The notes under the pieces are model-generated. The model saw nothing but the letters and a program-made list of their open reading frames with translations, was not told the origin of the DNA and did no database searches. A program made the position numbers and the translations under genes. This document shows, one piece after another, positions 11,990 through 24,020 of a stretch of DNA of 64,000 nucleotides. The stretch lies in assembly GCF_004010195.1 (NCBI RefSeq), contig NC_057719.1, positions 22,762,193 through 22,826,192 on the forward strand, read 5' to 3'. The stretch's first letter is position 1. The number at the start of each line of letters is the position of its first letter. Source of the DNA: Chiloscyllium plagiosum. Taxonomy: Eukaryota.

Positions 11990-13660
11990 GCTGCCTTCTC
12001 TTTACCATGGATATTCAATTCCTTTACATGTTCATCCCCCATTAGGATGGTGTCAGATCTCACCACTCCTTCCTGGAAAACAGGAGGCCTGAATTGTCCC
12101 CATCTACCAACGCCCTCCTCCACCTGGCTGAGCTAGTCTTCACTCTGAACAACTCTTTTAACTCCTCGCATTTTCTTCAGGTCAGTGGAGTGGCCATGGG
12201 TACCCATATGGGCACCAGTTATGCCTGTCTCTTTTTTGAGAATGTGGAACATTTCTTGTTCCAGTCATAATCCAGCACCCTCCCACAACTCTTTCTCCAG
12301 TATATCATTGATATTATCAGTGCTGCTTCCGTCTCTCATCCCAAATTGGAAAAGTTCATCAATTTTGATTCCTAATCCCACCCTGCTCTCATCTTCACCT
12401 GGTCAATCTCTGACTCCTCCCTTCCCTTCCTTGACATTTCTGTTTCCATTTCTACGGATAGACTGGCCACCACTATAAACCTGGTAAAAACAATGACTGC
12501 AGATGCTGGAAACCAGATTCTGGATCAGTAGTGCTGGAAGAGCACAGCAATTCAGGCAGCATACGAGGACAGGCAAAATCGACGTTTCGGGCAAAAGCCC
12601 TTTATCATAAACCTACTATAAACCTACTAACTCCTACGGTTACGTCGATTACACATCCTCACAACCTGCTTCCTGTAAAACTCTATTCCATTCTCCTAGT
12701 TCCTCCATCCCCATTGCATCTGTTTTGATGATGCAAAGGGGCCTCGAAAATGTCCACCTTCTTCCTCAACCAAGAAATCCCCAGCACCGTAATTGAGAGG
12801 ACCTTCAGCCAGTCCAACCCATTTCCTGCACTTCGGCTCTCATGCTCTTTCCTCTCTCCCATAACAGCAATAGGGTCTCCCTTGTCCTCACCTACCATCC
12901 CACCAGCATCTACATCTGGAGGATCATTTCCACCACCTCCAGCAGGATGCCACCACCAGACACATATTGCCCTCCCCTCCCTGTTCCCACCTGGTGCACT
13001 CCTCCTTCGCTCCCAACAACCTCCCACAACCCCACAGCATTTTTCCCTGCAACGACAAAAGGTGTAAAATCTGCTTGTTTACTTTCTCTCTCCTTAGTGT
13101 CCAAGAGCCCAATCATACCTTCCAGGTGAAACAGCACTTCACTCAATGTAGTCTACTGTATTTACTGCTCACAATGCTATACTCTGAGGAATCAAAGCAT
13201 AGCCTGAGTGACAGCTTCACAGAACACCGATGTTCTGTTAGCAAAAAAGAATCTGAGCTTCCAGTATGCCTCCCACTCTAACACCCCATCCTGTTCCCTG
13301 GCCAACATCTCTGTCTTAGGCTTGCTACAGTATTCCAGCAAAACTCAGTGCAAGTTAGAAGAACAACACCTTATTTTCCACTTGGGAACTGTACCCTCTT
13401 GTGGATTTAATATCGAGTTCAATAATTTTAGGCACCTTCTCATGTGTCCTTAGCCCATACCTCACAGATCAGACCTTGTTATCATGTAGTCTGCTATTAC
13501 ACACAATTCATTGTTATCCACTAATCATCCCCATTCGTTGCTATTAATTCTCCTAGGCTGGACACTTTATCTGTCCGTCTTTCATTTGACTGTATCTCCA
13601 CCTATCATTCACTCCCTTCTATCCTATTTTCTGTATAAAAAATAACATTTTCCTAGCTAC
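11990..13660 (+). mobile_element. Penelope-like element RT + GIY-YIG region, degraded
   Basis: FTMDIQ.LY, GVAMGTHM..SYACL, KLEEQHLIFHLGT motifs across frameshifts. Homologous to 21140-22510. Confidence 0.88.
12483..12614 (-). mobile_element. Short PLE pseudo-LTR insertion with 11-bp TSD
   Basis: ctgcagatgctgga...gtgctggaagagcacagc...gacgtttcgggcaaaagccc, flanked by actataaacct at 12472-12482 and 12615-12625. Confidence 0.8.
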
Positions 13661-13667
13661 TATTTTT

Positions 13668-14182
13668 ATAGAGTCATAGAAAGCACTGAAACAGACCTTT
13701 CAGTCCAACTCGACCAAGCTGACCAAGTTTCCCAAACTAAGCTAGGCCTGTTTGCCTGCGTTTGATCCGTAACTTTCTAAACCTTTCTTATTCATATACC
13801 AGTCCAAGTGTATTTAAAAGTGTCAGTTATTTTTTTTTTAAATGTACCTGCATCTGTCACTTCTTCTAGCAGTTTATTCCAAATACGTACCACCCTCTAT
13901 GTGAAAATGTTACCCAGGAGATCCTTTTTAAATCTTTCTCCCGCCCCCCCCTTAAAACTGTGCCCTTTTGTTTTGAACTTAACCCTCGGGAAAAGACCTT
14001 TGCCATTCGCCTTATCTATGCCCCTCATGATTTTATAATCCTCTGTAAGGTCGCCCCTCAACCTCCTGTGGTCCATGGAAAAGTGTACCAGCTTATCCAG
14101 GCTCTCCTAATGACTCAAACCCTCCATTCCAGGTATAATCTTCCCATGGCAGGGGGACCAGAACTGAATGCAGTATTTCAAA
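13668..14182 (-). mobile_element. CR1 3' end
   Basis: tagagtcatag tail, ccctcatgattttata.. and aggtcgcccctcaacct motifs as in the other HER1-like copies. Confidence 0.85.
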
Positions 14183-14189
14183 AATCGAG

Positions 14190-14365
14190 AAAGATGGTGT
14201 GTGGTGAGTTTAACCTGAGTGTCACCACACCTCAGATGATCTCAAGGTTAGAAAAGTGGAATCTACATGGTCACCTCAATCAGTGTGAGAATTGACTGAT
14301 AGTCAATTAGTCACTGTTAGTCTCCCTCTGCTTCACAAGCCAGCTGGCCAACTACTGAGCTAACT
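14190..14365 (-). mobile_element. SINE family 'C' fragment
   Basis: tttaacctgagtgtcaccacacctcag...catggtcacctca is homologous to 3400-3490 and 43780-43880. Confidence 0.6.
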
Positions 14366-14827
14366 AGCCCTCTTTCACTTTCATGCTGGTCAAACAAACA
14401 ATACTTTGAACTGACCCTTCCATGGAAGAGAGCCATTTTATTGAAACAGAGTGAGATGAAAGCAGAGTATGTATGCTTTTAGAAATTTAGTTCAGAGTAG
14501 GAATTTGGTGCAAATGGGGACAGAAATTCTTTCACTAAGGTTTACTGCAAGAAGTAAACTTTCCAGGGAAGAGGCGGGTGGGAAAGGATAGAGGCATGAC
14601 ATAGGAGCTGGGGTATTCACTGGTGAATATTTCCAGCTTTTTAATTAAAAGATCTTCATAGTACTTAGGTTTCCAGTGTCTCTTTTCTTTAAAAAAATCA
14701 TTTAAGTCTAAAGATTGATACTTGTTTTTTTTACTTTAAATATTATTAGAACAAAATGTTGAAGTAAAACATAAAGGGCAGGAAATCTCAAATTATTAAT
14801 TTATAAATTAAATCAAATATGATATTG

Positions 14828-15420
14828 ATGGCTAGACAGGGGAAATGTTGCTACTGCAACATGTGGAAGTTGCTGGACACTAATGTGATACAGAGTGAAA
14901 ATGTTTGCAGCTTGAGGAATTTAGGACTCAGATGAGGAGCTGAAATCTGAGCAGCAGATACTGTGCCACATCAAGAAACAAGAAAGTTACCTAAGACTGT
15001 GGTCACAGGTAAAATGGTTTGACTGCAGGTGAGGCAGGTATGATGATCCAGAGGGTTGCAAATGAGAAATCTCAGCCCCTGCAATTTTCTCATAGTTACG
15101 GAGGTTCTTGTAAGCTGAAGGGAAGACAGTGAGGACTACAGGGCTGATGACTGAACTGGTGATGGCACATTAGTACAGGAACCCATTCAAATGGTGGTTG
15201 GAACTAAGAAAGTAATTGTGGCAAGGGACAGTTTAATTAGGGGGTTAGATACTGTACTCTATAGCAGGAACCCAATGGTGGTGGTGCCAGGATTAAGAAC
15301 ATCTCCTCAAGCTGACAAATAACTTGGAATGGGAGTGACAGAATGTCATTCTTGTTAGTACCAATGACATTGATAGTAGAAAGGAAGTTCCACTGAAAGA
15401 TTTTGAACAATTAGAAGCTA
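14828..15420 (+). mobile_element. Degraded CR1 ORF1 (zinc finger/coiled coil + SGNH esterase)
   Basis: tgctactgcaacatgtgg (CxxC.W), aaatgtttgcagcttgagga (KCLQLEE), gggacagtttaattagggg (GDS-like) and gtaccaatgacatt (GTND-like), in the same order as 47082-48150. Confidence 0.65.
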
Positions 15421-16149
15421 CAATTCTATCACTCTCAATCATCTCCCTATTTCCCTGTCCTTTACTCATACGTCACATTAGTCCCCTCACACACCTCGCT
15501 CCCTAATCCCACACTTACCACACATATTTATCTTTTCACAAGAGGTGTTAAAGTGGCTGGCTGTGTTTCAGGACATTTCTATAACAGAACATAGTGCATT
15601 GGCAGCTACAAAAGAAGGCAAGGTGTCTTCGTTGCTGGATTCCTGCAATGGGCATAAATAGAGGCACCTATTTGGGAATCTCCAGTGCAGGAGAACGATA
15701 ATAGTAAGTGGATAATTTTTAATCCTTTTAGGGTCAGAAATTGGTACAATCAGGGTTACACTTTCTGAAGAATTGGGGAGCAGGAAACACTCTGGAACTA
15801 ATTATTGTGAGAAGTTGTATTAAGAACCCAACAGCAGCAGAAACGTTAAATAGTTCCTAACTTATTGCAAGCCATACTTTTTTTAAATGTAAAAGTAATT
15901 GGAAGATTCTTTTTGTTTTAATCAAAAGACACAGGCTTATAAAACAAGACTTTCTAAGACTTAGTTTGCATTTTCGCACAATGGTTAACAAACATCAAGT
16001 CAAAATGGAATTCCAAAAATGTCATGGTCTTCCGTCTCAAGTTATTTCACTTTTTACACATTTTTTTATGTCACTCACGACCAGGCAAGTTTTGTACTGC
16101 TTATTAAATTGTGCAATCACATCTCTGTTGCAACTGTATAAAGATTGGA

Positions 16150-16545
16150 AGTGCTGAGAAATTCAGCAGATCTGGCAGGGTCTGTGGAAACAGAAACAAC
16201 GTTAACATTTTGTGTTCCATGATTCTTCTCCAGAACCTTCTGGATGCTGCCAGAATTATTGATTTCCTTCAGCACTTTCCACTTATATTTCACATCTCCA
16301 GCATCCTCTGTATTTTTATTTTCATCTCTTTGGCAGTGATTGCTCTGCATAACAGTGTTCTGAAAGAAAAAGAATTAATTTAGAGTCTGTGCCAACCACC
16401 TCTCCAAAAACAACAAAAACTAAAGAACTGCAATGACTCAGAAATGAGAACAAAAATAGCTGGAAAAACTCAACAGGTCTGGCAGCATCTGTGGAGAGAG
16501 AAAACAGAGTAAATATTTTGGATCCAGGGACTCTTCTTCAGAAAC
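16150..16545. mobile_element. Two PLE pseudo-LTR-derived short elements, the first quasi-palindromic
   Basis: gctgagaaattcagcagatctggcag...ctgccagaattattgatttccttcagc (inverted arms), and aaatagctggaaaaactcaacaggtctggcagcatctgtggagaga..cagagt..ctcttcttcag. Related copies at 22822-22935 and 51442-51568. Confidence 0.6.
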
Positions 16546-16656
16546 CTCCAAAAGCACAATGTGTTGGGTTTAATGGATTTAAGATTTGTAAGGGAATCCA
16601 ATTCTGCTCCAGATTTAACAGCTATTTGGCTTTCAATTGAATTGAGGTGGGATTAG

Positions 16657-16985
16657 GAGAAAGTGAGGACTGCAGATGCTGGAGATCAGAGTGAAAAGTG
16701 TCGTGCTGGAAAGCCACAACAGATCAGGCAGCATCTGAGGAGCAGGAGAATCGATATTTGAGGCATAAGCCCTTCATCAGGAATGAGGCTTGTGAGCCAG
16801 AGGGCTGAGAGATAAATGAGAGGAGGGTGGGGCTAGGGGGGAAAGGTAGCTGGGAAATCTGAATGTAGTCTGGAGTCCATGCGGGATCAGTTGGTTCCGT
16901 AGGCAGGCACTGAGGAAGGAGATGTGGCTGTGGTAGCGAGTCTGCTTCAGGACGTGGCTGCAGAGTTTCAGGGCAGAGAGGACTC
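16657..16985 (-). mobile_element. Internally deleted (non-autonomous) PLE: ORF N-terminus fused to 3' pseudo-LTR
   Basis: SALKLCSHVLKQTRYHSHISFLSACLRNQLIPHGLQTTF matches 19735-19853. It is followed directly by the pLTR (ttcCTGATGAagggcttatgcc...cagcatctgcagtcctcacttt). Confidence 0.85.
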
Positions 16986-17097
16986 TGAATGTATCAAAGC
17001 TCAGCAATAGGACATCCCACTTCAAAGGCTGGCAGATCTTCAGTATTTGCTGTGTCACTGGGAGTAATGACCCCATCGGTACTTCAGTGAGGCCTGT

Positions 17098-17404
17098 ATT
17101 AGATTACTTTACAGTGTGGAAACAGGCCCTTCGGCCCAACAAGTCCACACCGCCCCGTCGAAGCGCAAACCACCCATACCCCTACATTTACCCCTTACCT
17201 AACACTACGGGCAATTTAGCATGGCCAATTCACCTGACCTGCACATCTTTAGACTGTGGGAGGAAACCGGAGCACCCGGAGGAAACCCACGCAGACACGG
17301 GGAGAATGTGCAAACTCCACACAGTCAGTCGCCTGAGATGGGAATTGAACTCGGGTCTCTGGCGCTGTGAGGCAGCAGTGCTAACCACTGTGCCACCCTG
17401 CCGT
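17098..17404 (-). mobile_element. HE1-type V-SINE, young, full length
   Basis: Head, V-domain (gtgtggagtttgcacattctccccgtgtctgcgtgggtttcctccgggtgctccggtttcctcccacag on the minus strand) and taatctaa tail. Confidence 0.95.
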
Positions 17405-17869
17405 CCACAGCTGATTGCAGCTGTATTGTAGCTGGGCCTGGGGATCTCATCAGAGGCCAGGTTGGCAGGAGAATGGATGGCTGGGTTAGGAAGGCCAAGT
17501 CGTAGAGAAACCTGATTAGATTTGCTTCACATTGTGGAGCCTCACAAATGAGCCTAAGGGATCTGCTAAGGATGGATGATCTCCTGCCTGTCTTCAGATT
17601 GTGTAAGGAGATTTATTGACTGTTTGCTTGTCAAGAGGTGGACTCGTAAGTGGACATGAACTGACTAGTTAATGGCTTCAAATTGTCCAGAAATAGATAG
17701 GTCACTCAGTGTTCCTGCTCATCATTGAATTTAATATGCAGCTTATCTTTAATCCCAACAGCAGTTGTATTTATCCAATTTGATTTTGTTTCCTTTTCAA
17801 TCATAATCAAACTAATTAAGCAGAAGAGAAAAACTATTTTATGTTATGTCAACCATAGTTTATCTTATA

Positions 17870-18215
17870 TCACTCTCACTTTTGACTAAATAGGTTATGA
17901 GAGTCACAATCCAGTGACTTAAGTACAAAGGTCTATCCTGTCACTCTTGCAGTACTAAGGGAGTCTTTCATTGCCATAGCTAACTTATTTTGGAAGATGC
18001 ATTTCTGGTAACTCAGGAGATTTAAAGCTCCCACAGCTCTGTATTGTTACAATGACAGATTATCTGTTCATTATCACATTTTAGTTCATGAGAGCTTTCT
18101 ATGTGCAGATTGGTGCTGCACTTCCTGCATTACAACATGTTCAAAAAAAGATAATTAATTGGCTGTAAGCACTTCGGAAGGTTCTCAGATTGGGAAGGCC
18201 TTACATAAATGTAAT
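17870..18215 (+). mobile_element. Deu-domain SINE, old
   Basis: acagattatctgttcattatcacatt...gtgcagattgg...ttcctgcattacaaca...attggctgtaagcactt...ataaatgtaa. Homologous to 5250-5680. Confidence 0.65.
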
Positions 18216-18479
18216 TACTGCCTGCAGGTATTAAATGAAAATATGTGAGGCAATTATCAAACTGGCCACAAAACACAACTCTGAACAGTGAACCTGATGA
18301 ATGGAAATATATTGGATGATAGGTAATTTGCCAAGCTAAAGGGAACCTGAAGAATTAAAACCTGAGAGACAAGATATAAAGAATTTATATCTTTCACATG
18401 AGACCACCTCAGAGGCCAAGCACATTTTTAAAGCAATGATTAACAATTTATGATCATTGTAGTAAAGCGAACCTCCCAG

Positions 18480-19630
18480 GAGTGATGTAAAGTGGATGCT
18501 GCTAAAGATAACAATGCATGGCATTAGAAGCAATGTACCAGCATAGATAGAGGATTGGTTAATTAACAAGAAGCAAAGTGTGGGGAGAAATGAGTGCTTT
18601 TCTGGTTGGCAATCAATGACTAATGGTGTGCCTCAGGGATGAGTGTTAGGACCGCTGTTGCTCACAACTTGCTCAGATGGTTTCGAGTTGGGGACCACGT
18701 ATAGTGTGTCAAAGTTTGCGGATGATACTAAGACGAATGATAGAACAGAGTGTGCCGAGGACTGTGAAACTTTGCAAAGGAACGTAGATAGTTTAAGTGA
18801 GTGGGCATATGTCTGGCAGATGGAGTACAATGTTAATAAATGCAAAGTCATCCATTTTGGTGGGAATAACAGAAAAAAAGGACTATTACTTGAATGGTAA
18901 AAGAATTGCACCATCCTGCTGTGCCGAGGAACCTGGGTGTCCTTGTGCATAAATCACAAAAGGTTGATCTGCAGGTAAAACAGTAATTAAGAAGGCAAAT
19001 AAAATTTTGTTCTTCAATGCTAAAGGGATTGAGTTTAAAAGCAGGAAGGTTATGTTGCAGCTGTATAGGGTGCTGGTGGGGCCATACCTGGAGTATTGCA
19101 TGCAATTTTAGTCTCCTAACTTGAGAAAGGATGTACTGACACTGCAGGGGGCGCAGAGGAAGTTCACTAGGTTGATTTTTCAAGTTGAGGGAGTTGGCTG
19201 ATGAGAACAGACTGAGTAGACAGGGATTGTATTCATTGGAATTTAGAATAATGAGGGGGCATGTTACAGAAACATATATAATTATGCAGAGAATAGGTAA
19301 GATAGAAGTAGAGAGGATGTTTCCAATTGGAGGGTGAAACTAGGACAAGAGGGCATAGCCTCAAAGTAATGGGGAGTAGATTTTGGACTGAATGGAGAAG
19401 GAAGTTCTTCACCCTGAGGGGTGTGAATCTGTGGAATTCCCTGCCCAGTGAAGTAATTGAGGATTCCTCAGTAAATGCTTTTAAAGCTAAGGTAGATCAT
19501 TGTTTGAGCAGTAAAGGAATTAAGGGTTATGGTGAGAGGGTGGGTAAGTGGAGCTGAGGCCACAAAATGATCAGCCATGATCTTATTGAATGGCAGAGCA
19601 GGCTTGATGGGTCAGATGGCCTACTCCTGC
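18480..19630 (+). mobile_element. CR1 LINE RT to 3' end (second subfamily); terminal tail resumes at 22797-22818
   Basis: GVPQG.VLGPLL, SKFADDTK, WQMEYNVNKCKVIHFG, TRGHSLKV..SRF.TE.RRKFFT.R.VNLWNSLP, GIKGYGERVGKWS*. Confidence 0.92.
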
Positions 19631-21950
19631 AAGGAACCCTCTAGCAAGGATGCCTACCTTGAAGAAGTTCTCCTCCTCTCTCCACAAGAATCTCAGTGAG
19701 TCTCTCTCTCTCACTGCAACCCAGAGGTTATCTCCTCTGCCATGTAGCTCATCAACCATGTACTGAAACAGACTCGCTACCACAATCACATTTGCTTCCT
19801 CAGTGTCTGCCTCCATAACCAACTTATCCCGCATGGACTACGGACTACATTCAGCCCAGCGCAGTTTGGATCCGAACAGGACAACCAGTACAGACTGCAG
19901 ATTCAAAGCCACCAGAAACAGGTCTCCTTCCGGATCCTCCTCTCCACGCTCGCAGCAATGCGCCAGCACCTAACCTCTCTACAGTCAGCCCTGCCTCAGC
20001 TGAGGGCCACACTCTCTCAGAACTGCAAAGGACCCACTCTGTACTATATTCTAAGAAGAATTCATAGTCTCAACAAACACTATTTCAACACCATCTCAAA
20101 CATCAAAAACTGTAAGTACAACAAACTTTTACACACCCACCTCCATAACCAGCGCTCCTCAACCATTCCAGAAGATTACCCGGCCTCTGGAACTGCTTGG
20201 AAGCCATTAGCCATATGGCTGGTACAGCTACCATCCTCACGGTGATCGATGACATCACTTCCGCCCCTATTATGGCCACTTCCACGGTCCCTTCCGCCCC
20301 TCACAATTCCTCATGCACCACATGTGACATCACTTCCGCACCCCACATCATCGCTGACGTAACGCGTTCAGCGACTTCCGCCCCCTCTACTGCTGTGTTC
20401 ACCACCACTTCCGCCCCCACCAATGCCACTCACCTGCATTCTGCTGACACGCTCCCCCACAGACCCCACTGTCACCATCCTCNNNNNNNNNNNNNNNNNN
20501 NNNNNNNNNNNNNNNNNNNNNNNNNNNNNNNNNNNNNNNNNNNNNNNNNNNNNNNNNNNNNNNNNNNNNNNNNNNNNNNNNNNNNNNNNNNNNNNNNNNN
20601 NNNNNNNNNNNNNNNNNNNNNNNNNNNNNNNNNNNNNNNNNNNNNNNNNNNNNNNNNNNNNNNNNNNNNNNNNNNNNNNNNNNNNNNNNNNNNNNNNNNN
20701 NNNNNNNNNNNNNNNNNNNNNNNNNNNNNNNNNNNNNNNNNNNNNNNNNNNNNNNNNNNNNNNNNNNNNNNNNNNNNNNNNNNNNNNNNNNNNNNNNNNN
20801 NNNNNNNNNNNNNNNNNNNNNNNNNNNNNNNNNNNNNNNNNNNNNNNNNNNNNNNNNNNNNNNNNNNNNNNNNNNNNNNNNNNNNNNNNNNNNNNNNNNN
20901 NNNNNNNNNNNNNNNNNNNNNNNNNNNNNNNNNNNNNNNNNNNNNNNNNNNNNNNNNNNNNNNNNNNNNNNNNNNNNNNNNNNNNNNNNNNNNNNNNNNN
21001 NNNNNNNNNNNNNNNNNNNNNNNNNNNNNNNNNNNNNNNNNCCCCCAGTCCAGGAACTCCCCACATACGTTCGAGACATCACCCATGCCCTCCACCTCCT
21101 CCAAGACTTCCGTTTCCCCGGCTCCCATGGCCTCATCTTCACCATGGATATCCAATCCCTCTACACCTCCATCCGCCATGACCAGGGCCTAGAAGCCCTC
21201 AATTTCTTCCTCTCCCGATGTCCCCAACAGTACCCTCCCACTGACACTCTAATTCGTTTGGCTGAACTGGTACTCACCCTTCACAATTTCTCCTTCCAAT
21301 CCTCCCACTTCCTCCAGACCAAAGGGCTAGCCATGAGCACCTGTATGGGCCCCAGCTATGCCTGTCTCTTTGTTGGCTGTGTAGAACAGTCCATCTTCCA
21401 TAATTACACTGGCACGACTCCCCACCTCTTCCTCCGTTACATTGATGACTGTATCGGCGCCACCTCGTGCTCCCGCGAGGAAGTTGAGCAGTTCATCAAC
21501 TTCACCAACACATTCCACCCTGACCTTAAATTCACCTGGACCATCTCTGACACCTCTCTCCCTTTGCTGGACCTCTCCATCTCTCCATTAATGACGACCA
21601 AGTTGACACTGACATTTTTTACAAACCCAGTGACTCCCACAGCTACCTGGATTACAACTCTTCCCACCCCACCTCCTGCAAAAATGCCATCCCGTATTCC
21701 CAATTCCTCCGCCCCCACTGTACCTGCTCCCAGAAGGACCAGTTCTATCACAGAACACACCAGATGTCCTCCTTCTTTAGAGACCTCAATTTCCCTTCTC
21801 ATGTGGTTGAAGATGCCCTCCAACACATCTCATCCACATCCCACACCTCCGCCATCAAACCCCACCCCTTCAACCGTAACAAGGGCAGAACCCCCTTTGT
21901 CCTCACTTTCCACCCTACCAAACTTTGCATTAACCATACCATCCGCCGAC

Positions 21951-22030
21951 ATTTCTGCTACTTCCAAACGGACCCCACCACCAGGGATATATTTCTGCCA
22001 CTTCCAAACAGACCCCACCACCAGGGATAT
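21951..22030 (+). repeat. 40-bp tandem duplication inside the PLE ORF
   Basis: atttctgctacttccaaacggaccccaccaccagggatat followed by atttctgccacttccaaacagaccccaccaccagggatat (2 mismatches). Confidence 0.95.
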
Positions 22031-22510
22031 ATTTCTCTCCCCACCCCATCCGCTTTCCACAAAGACTGTTCATTCCGTGACTACCTGGTCAGGTCCACAC
22101 CCTCCAACATATCACCCTCCCATCCTGGCACCCTCCCCTGCCACCACAGGAATTGCAAACTTGTGCCCTCACCTTCCCCCTCACCTTTATCCAAGGCCCC
22201 AAAGGAGCCTTCCACATCCATTAAAGTTTCACCTGCACATCCATAATGTCATTTATTATATCCGTTGCTCCCGATGTGATCTCCTCTACATTGGGGAGAC
22301 TGGACACCTCCTTGCAGAGCGCTTCAGGGAACATCTCTGTGACACCTGCACCAATCAACCCCACTGCCCTGTGGCCCAATATTTCAACTCCCACTCCCAC
22401 TCAGCAAAGGACATGCAGGTCCTGGGCCTTCTCCACCGCCGCTGCCTCACCATCCGACGCCTGGAGGAAGAACACTTCATCTTCCGCCTCGGAACACTTC
22501 AGCCCTAGGG

Positions 22511-22645
22511 CTGATTGTGCTGGCCATGAAAGAAACTCGAATATCAGAAGAGGAAGCTCAGAAGAAAATATTGATGTTTGACAAATATGGCTTACTTTAT
22601 CATGGTCGATCACAGCCAACTGACAAGCACCAACAACCATATGCC
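22511..22645 (+). pseudogene. ME2: Fragment of NAD-dependent mitochondrial malic enzyme coding sequence inserted in the PLE
   Basis: Translates [45 protein letters not shown]. This closely matches the recalled vertebrate ME2 segment [44 protein letters not shown]. The segment is absent from the PLE paralog at 1741-2006. Confidence 0.85.
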
Positions 22646-23393
22646 CAGTTTCCTCATTTCCCCTCCCTCCACCTTACCTCAGTTCCAACCTTCCATCTCA
22701 GCACTGTCCTCATGACCTGTCTTGACCTGCTGTGCTTTTCCAGCACCACTCTGATCTAAACTCTGGTTTCAAGCATCTGCAGTCCTCACTTTTGCCTGGC
22801 CTACTTCTTATGTTCTTAGGAGATATCACTGACCTAAAACATTAACTATGTTTCTTTATCCACAGAAGCTGCCTGACCAGCTGCCTAGTATCTCCAGTAT
22901 TTTCTGTTTTAATTTCAGATTTTCAGCATCTTTAATAGTTTTTCCTTCGTGTTGCCCATTAGAAATGGTCTGGAAGAAAAACACCAAAAGTAGCACGTAA
23001 TTCTTTGTTAACCTTCTGGTAAAATCGCTCCCAATTCCCAAACTCAATCATTGCAGAGAGAATTAGACAGGGTAATGGATTTTCTAAAACCTCTGCAGTA
23101 TTACCTGCTGGCTAAAGCATAGAATTCTACACCTTTATACAGCATCACTAAATGTCTCATTGAGAAAGTCTGACTGCTTTTGATTTTACTTACTGGATAA
23201 TCCAGTAGGGAATTGTCAACAACTATGAAATACAAACATCAAGGTATACTTTCTTCCTACAATCTGAATATGTTGCCCTTTGGCCAATATCTTACCCGGC
23301 CTGGCCAAGCTTCTTTATCTACTTTGGTGATATCCTGCTCCATTACCCCTCTCTCCATCACCATCGCTATTGTCATTTCAGAAGTGGTATACT

Positions 23394-23777
23394 ATAGAAT
23401 CCCCACAGTGCTCAACAGGCCATTTGACCCAACAAGTCCACACTGACGATCCAAAGAATATCCCACCCAGACCCATCCCTACATCCCTACGTTTTGCATG
23501 AATAATGCACGTCACCTACACACCTCTGAACACTATAGGCAACTTAGCATAGCCAATCCACATCACCTGCACATCTTTGAAGTGTGGGAAGAGACCAGAG
23601 CACGCAGAGAAAACCCACTCAGACATGAGGGGAATGTGCAAACTCCACACAGAGAGTCTCCCAAGGTTGGAATTGAACCTGGGTTGCTGGCACTGTGAGG
23701 TAGCAGTGATACCCACTGAGCCATCGTGTCACCACTCACCGAGCCATCATGCAGCCACCCACTGAGCCACCGTGTCG
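23394..23777 (-). mobile_element. HE1-type V-SINE with reiterated 5' head
   Basis: V-domain and tail present. The ccactgagccaccgtg-like motif occurs three times in 23712-23777. Confidence 0.88.
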
Positions 23778-24020
23778 TTATAACAGAAAGTCTGAGATAA
23801 GTCAGAAACAGAGACCAAAACCATGTTTCTTTGTCAGTAATATCATACCCACTTAAACGATTTTTACACAGGTTAAATAACATCAAGAGTAAACCAGAGT
23901 TTTGTTTCACTTTGAGCTCAACTTTGCAGCTCATGTCCCTCTCTGTCTCACAATATTGCCTGCCTGAACCCTGACCTCAGTACCTGAACCACTGAATCAT
24001 ATTTCCACAACATTTGGCAC

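Larger units (their letters stand above)
19631..22796 (+). mobile_element. Near-full-length Penelope-like element (RT + GIY-YIG endonuclease), inactivated
   Basis: The ORF begins MPTLKKF at ~19650. It has a low-complexity T/S/A/P linker, RT motifs MDIQSLYTSI, QTKG.AM.T.MGPSYACLFV and FLRYIDD, and GIY-YIG motifs VIYYIRC..C.LLYIGETG and RFREH, then a partial pLTR. Stops, frameshifts, N gap 20483-21041. Confidence 0.95.

Noticed and set aside
17087..17431. Recurrent ORFs with LDCGRKPEHPEETHADTGRMCKLHT (also 31240, 47420, 48741)
   Set aside because: These are antisense translations of the HE1 V-domain, not a protein family.
20197..20482. Thr/Ser/Ala/Pro-rich ORF resembling a mucin-like host gene
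   Set aside because: It lies inside the PLE between its N-terminal domain and RT, so it is best read as the element's low-complexity linker. Its length in the ORF track is inflated by the N gap.
22511..22645. Functional ME2 exon or in-frame PLE-ME2 fusion protein
   Set aside because: No flanking splice sites, embedded in PLE sequence, out of frame with the PLE ORF and preceded by its TAG at 22506-22508.
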